A stretch of DNA of 64,000 nucleotides from Abditibacterium sp. (lineage in GTDB: Bacteria; Armatimonadota; Abditibacteriia; Abditibacteriales; Abditibacteriaceae), in assembly GCA_965199495.1 (NCBI GenBank), contig CBDASK010000003.1, positions 1,568,001 through 1,632,000 on the forward strand, in the 5' to 3' direction. The translations under genes and the position numbers were made by a program. The notes under the pieces were generated by a model that was not told where the DNA came from, searched no databases, and worked only from the letters and a program-made list of their open reading frames with translations. Below, one piece after another: positions 61,201 through 64,000 of the stretch. Position 1 is the stretch's first letter, and every line of letters begins with the position of its first letter.

Positions 61201-61464
61201 GCCTTGCAGCACTTCGACCTCCAGTCCTACTGTGACGCTAAACGGGGACGAAACATAGGCAAAGCAGCCCTCGGTATCGAGTTCGCAAATCAGATCGAAA
61301 CTCGAATCGGCCAGCGCACGATAACGCTCCGCTTTGGCCCGGCTGTTGGCCTGAGCATCAGAACAAGGGAGCGCGGAAGCCGAGTGAGATAAGGGCGCGA
61401 ACTCAACTGAAGAAGGCGGGTGAATCGCGTGGTCTGCGGTCTGCGAACGTTCGGGAGATTCCAT
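58228..61464 (-). CDS. PAS/GAF diguanylate cyclase-phosphodiesterase (GGDEF-EAL)
   Basis: HDPLTELPNR, DLDRFK, ARFGGDEF, TEALVRW, IDDFGTGYSSL. Confidence 0.95.
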   Translation of the reverse strand: MESPERSQTADHAIHPPSSVEFAPLSHSASALPCSDAQANSRAKAERYRALADSSFDLICELDTEGCFAYVSSPFSVTVGLEVEVLQGTSFFDNVPDEDLGAVIAEYTAALVGMRVGRIEHRFGLGNGAYHWFESVLRGIGTGEERRVVVVSREITARRRHQIELETLISLAKNIHSKNELSAIASAVWEHLHPLLPVTALLLVLPGAGRGDALDVVGHRADGAFRQIITRATSPHCPLWETLEREEIWLDNARSGDAGFDFPIRSLLSVPLHVEDLKQGALFFAAAKPFVWTQEHAHLCLMAGEQAAVAVRGVRLLQGAREAETRYRGLVNDVDGIVWEADASTRRPTFVSQPIEQWLGYPASQWLADHRLWLRVVHPDDRRRVHAQLLANADSTEPWQCEFRAIAKDKRAFWLRVLVTPETRQIVERGENGESVTRTQLVRLRGLAVDITERARHLEAIVRSNAILAATQEASTDGICLVNAQGNAVSLNTRFAEMWHIPPALVEELRARRQLMACVLSLMCQPEEFVEKMNLLRQNPTSSSRDEIRLRDGRIFERTSAPARATPAALSPIARELSARANQKSEGEAAQVPCFGRVWTFSDITERKRYEEQLEHRAFHDPLTELPNRSLFMNRVEQGLARLDRRGKALAILFFDLDRFKVVNDTMGHEKGDALLQEIGKRLFETLRPGDTAARFGGDEFTLLLEDLNGIDDARAITERLIEALSAPIFLDGREFEITASIGVAMSFSRHDRASDLLRNADIAMYRAKNKGKARYEIFDVKMSAVALSRLQLEIELRQAVKWEQLRLDYQPLIDLNSNRIIGTEALVRWQHPDKGLISPTDFIPIAEESGMILSIGQWVLREACQQAKKWQNQFPSLWPLKMSVNMSARQFQSTDIVQIVADILEETELPAFCLELEITETAVMEDTDSTIVVLEKLRELGVKLAIDDFGTGYSSLAYIERFPIDSLKIDRSFVQTMGKVTRNGKAKKERSVIMQAVQTLGQGLGIEITAEGIETSEQLGELREMGCAIGQGYFFAQPLSAPQLTDLLRENTEIKKEQKLRVRAPVQNELHELASKK

Positions 61465-61677
61465 GAGGAAATAGCGGCGACGCCCGGCGGACGGGCGAAA
61501 AACATCAGGCGCGTCGCGCCAGCTCCGCGCGGTGATTGCGAAATTCTACATCGGGATAATCTTGCAGTTTCATCGAAAAACTGGTGGAGTGACAAGTCAC
61601 GAGATAAGGAATAGCGGCTAAACCCCACTCTTTGCAAAATACCGGTAAAGCGCCGTTTTCCAAGAGTATAAACGCGT

Positions 61678-63384
61678 CTACTTTCCGATCAACTGCATGA
61701 TGCTGGGCAGCAGATTTTCCGGTTTATCGTCTTTCTTCATCACGCCGGTGGCTCCGACTTCGGTCATGCGAATTTGAGCCTCAACCTCCGATTGCGACGA
61801 GAACAGGATCACTGGAACGTTATGTCCATAATTCATGCCACGAATTAAACGCGTGGCATCCCAACCGTTCAGGCCGGGCATTTCAGCGTTCATAATTACG
61901 GCGTCAAAACGTTCGTCGCGCACCGCTTCGACGGCTTCGATGCCATCGTAAACCGTGCGCACCGAATGTCCCTGCGACGCGAAAATCAGCCGCGTCACTT
62001 CGCGCGCTTCGGCGTTGTTGTCCGCGACCAAAATGCGGCGCGGCAAACATTGCTCTTCGCGCGTCAAAGCATAGCGCGGCGGATGATCGAGCGTCGAAAG
62101 CACGAGTTCCTGTTTTTCCAACGCGTGCAAAACCGTCATCACGCGCAAAAGCGGCATCGAATCTACTTCGGCGATGCCGCGCGCCGACATTTCGCCATAT
62201 TCGGCCAACAGCGCATAAACCGCGCGCTCGTCGGGCATCAGGCTTTCCATCAACGGTCCCAGCATCACCACACGTTGCAAGCCCGCCAATTTTTTCAGGC
62301 GCGGCTCGACGACGCCTTCGATGAGCGTGCCCGCCGCGACCGGCGTAATCGGCCCGACGCGCGAGTGCGCGCCGACCTGCACGCCCGCACCGATGTCGCA
62401 GCCCTCGCCCACGACCGAAAGCGCCTCAACGGTGGTTTCGCGGCCCAGACGCGAACGAGCCGCCACAACGCACTCGGTCAGGCGAACTTTGGCGCCCAGC
62501 GTGACTTGATCGTAAACCACCGATTTGGAAATGTGCGAATTTTCGCCGATGAAACAATTGGCGCCGATGACCACGCCGGGGCCGAGCGTGCAGCCACCGC
62601 CGATCTTGGTGCCCGCGCCAATCACATAAGGCGGCAGCAGCATCGTATCGTCGGGAATATGCACGTCGGGCGCCACGTCGGCGCGCCCGGCAATCGAGTG
62701 CATATTGCCCTCGATATAATTGCCCACGCGGCCAATGTCCACCCAGAACCCGTTGATTTCCCACGCGTAAAACTGCTGATTTTCTTCCATCAATTTGGGA
62801 AACAGTTGGCGCGCGAAATCGTAAGTCGAACCAAGGGGAACATCGGCGAACGCCGATTTTTTCAAGATATAAATGCCCGAACTCGCCAGATTGGAGTAAG
62901 CATCTTCGGGCCGTGGCTTCTCTTGAAAGCGCAGGATGCGCCCGTCTGCGCCGACATCGCAAATGCCGAATTCGCGCGTATCGGCGACTTTCATCGTCGC
63001 GATGGTCACGTCGGCGCTTTTGTCGCGATGCGCCGCCAAAAACGCGGCATAATCGATGTCAACGACGGCGTCGCCCTGCACCACTATGAACTCGTCCTGC
63101 AACATCTCCATGATGTTGCGAATGCAACCGGCAGTGCCCAGCGGTTTGTCTTCTTTGACGCACTTAACAGGAATCGGCAAGTTCAACTGACTGAGATTTT
63201 CGTCAATCAATTCGGCCAGATAGTTGGTGGTGATAATTACTTCGTCGCAACCCGCCAGCGCCAACGCGTCCACGATGCGCGCCAGAGCCGGACGCCCGGC
63301 GATGGGCAGCATCGGTTTGGGTAGCGTGTAAGTCAGGGGCCGCAAGCGCGTGCCCATGCCTCCGGCTAAAATAATGGCTTGCAT
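61678..63384 (-). CDS. Sugar-phosphate nucleotidyltransferase (mannose-1-P guanylyltransferase-like) fused to HTH and receiver domains
   Basis: ILAGGMGTRLRPLT..PKP, EKP, WVDIG, hexapeptide repeats, then ERAVYALLAEYGEMSARGIAE (wHTH) and ILVADNN...VIMNAEMPGLNG (REC). Confidence 0.85.
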   Translation of the reverse strand: MQAIILAGGMGTRLRPLTYTLPKPMLPIAGRPALARIVDALALAGCDEVIITTNYLAELIDENLSQLNLPIPVKCVKEDKPLGTAGCIRNIMEMLQDEFIVVQGDAVVDIDYAAFLAAHRDKSADVTIATMKVADTREFGICDVGADGRILRFQEKPRPEDAYSNLASSGIYILKKSAFADVPLGSTYDFARQLFPKLMEENQQFYAWEINGFWVDIGRVGNYIEGNMHSIAGRADVAPDVHIPDDTMLLPPYVIGAGTKIGGGCTLGPGVVIGANCFIGENSHISKSVVYDQVTLGAKVRLTECVVAARSRLGRETTVEALSVVGEGCDIGAGVQVGAHSRVGPITPVAAGTLIEGVVEPRLKKLAGLQRVVMLGPLMESLMPDERAVYALLAEYGEMSARGIAEVDSMPLLRVMTVLHALEKQELVLSTLDHPPRYALTREEQCLPRRILVADNNAEAREVTRLIFASQGHSVRTVYDGIEAVEAVRDERFDAVIMNAEMPGLNGWDATRLIRGMNYGHNVPVILFSSQSEVEAQIRMTEVGATGVMKKDDKPENLLPSIMQLIGK

Positions 63385-63410
63385 AAATTTTGCTCCGAAA
63401 TTTTCTCTCT

Positions 63411-64000
63411 TTAATTATTCAACGCGAACCAGAACGGCACGCCGAACGCCAATTCCAATGCCAATGCAATAAAAAATCCGGCGGACAGTCCGACGCCCCA
63501 CGGCACGAATTTTTTGGTCACCGTCGGGCGCGGCGCATCGGGCGCACTACGCGTCATCAGGGCGATGGCGAAATAATTTTTGAGGTTTTGCCCGACGCCC
63601 TGAAGTTCGTTGCGGCGCAGCAGCCACGGCAACGAGATGAGGGCGAAAGCGACGGCGCCATACAAAAAACCGAACGTGCAAAACGCCCAGCCTTTGAGCG
63701 CGCCGACGCCGCCCAAAAGTTTGACATCGCCCGCCTTGGCCACGCCCAGCATCATCGGAATCCATTGAATTCCCAACCCGATAAACAGGCCCAACAACGA
63801 CCACCCTAAACCGTTGACGCCGCCAAAAATTCCGTTGAGCAACAAGCCAATTCCCATCGTCGGAAACGTGACTTTATTATAAATTTTGTGCTTCGTGCCA
63901 TCGGTATAAGCGCAAATCGCCAGAAAAACCGCCAGCACCAAATTGGTGAGCAGAATCCCGATGGATGAAACGCCGATGGACGCGGCGGAAAAGTGGGACA
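63411..64000 (-). CDS. A24 prepilin peptidase (CpaA/TadV-like), 5' end at the window edge
   Basis: AYTDGTKHKIYN, AGDVKLLGGVG, VPWGVGL. The frame stays open to 64000, where the last bases are compatible with an ATG starting at 64001. Confidence 0.85.
   Translation of the reverse strand, partial: SHFSAASIGVSSIGILLTNLVLAVFLAICAYTDGTKHKIYNKVTFPTMGIGLLLNGIFGGVNGLGWSLLGLFIGLGIQWIPMMLGVAKAGDVKLLGGVGALKGWAFCTFGFLYGAVAFALISLPWLLRRNELQGVGQNLKNYFAIALMTRSAPDAPRPTVTKKFVPWGVGLSAGFFIALALELAFGVPFWFALNN

Noticed and set aside
2486..63324. Many long antisense/overlapping ORFs (e.g. 2486-3511, 8344-9258, 13178-14368, 44605-45708, 61966-63324)
   Set aside because: They are shadow ORFs of GC-rich genes with no recognisable motifs.
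1..64000. rRNA, tRNA, prophage or integrase
   Set aside because: No recognisable signatures were seen by eye.

Overview
A GC-rich bacterial chromosomal window. The gene set and codon style suggest an Armatimonadota/Abditibacterium-like organism, but this is unverified inference. Most of it is housekeeping and envelope genes: an ABC ATPase, a MarR-TolC-RND-MFP efflux operon, glycoside hydrolases, dapF, metY, a sigma-70 factor, bioB, an MtaD-like deaminase, two-component systems, Tad pilus genes and a GGDEF-EAL protein. The standout is a minus-strand retron-like locus at about 50.1-58.2 kb. It runs: sigma70-like promoter -> TWO tandem msr/msd-like ncRNA units (287-bp period) -> intrinsic terminator -> 1181-aa LVIVD/helical-repeat protein -> 662-aa SWIM+BRCT protein -> 475-aa retron-type reverse transcriptase. 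The two ncRNA units share a near-identical scaffold, but each has its own closing inverted repeat and a different, compensated 16-bp segment in the long hairpin. Other notable items are a strongly over-represented 9-mer (CGTGGCTGC, at least 24 copies on both strands), about 10 long REPIN-like palindromes, a RAYT transposase with a mutated HUH motif between 29-bp inverted repeats, three tandem mini-secretins, and an NTP-transferase-HTH-receiver fusion. No rRNA, tRNA or CRISPR array was seen.
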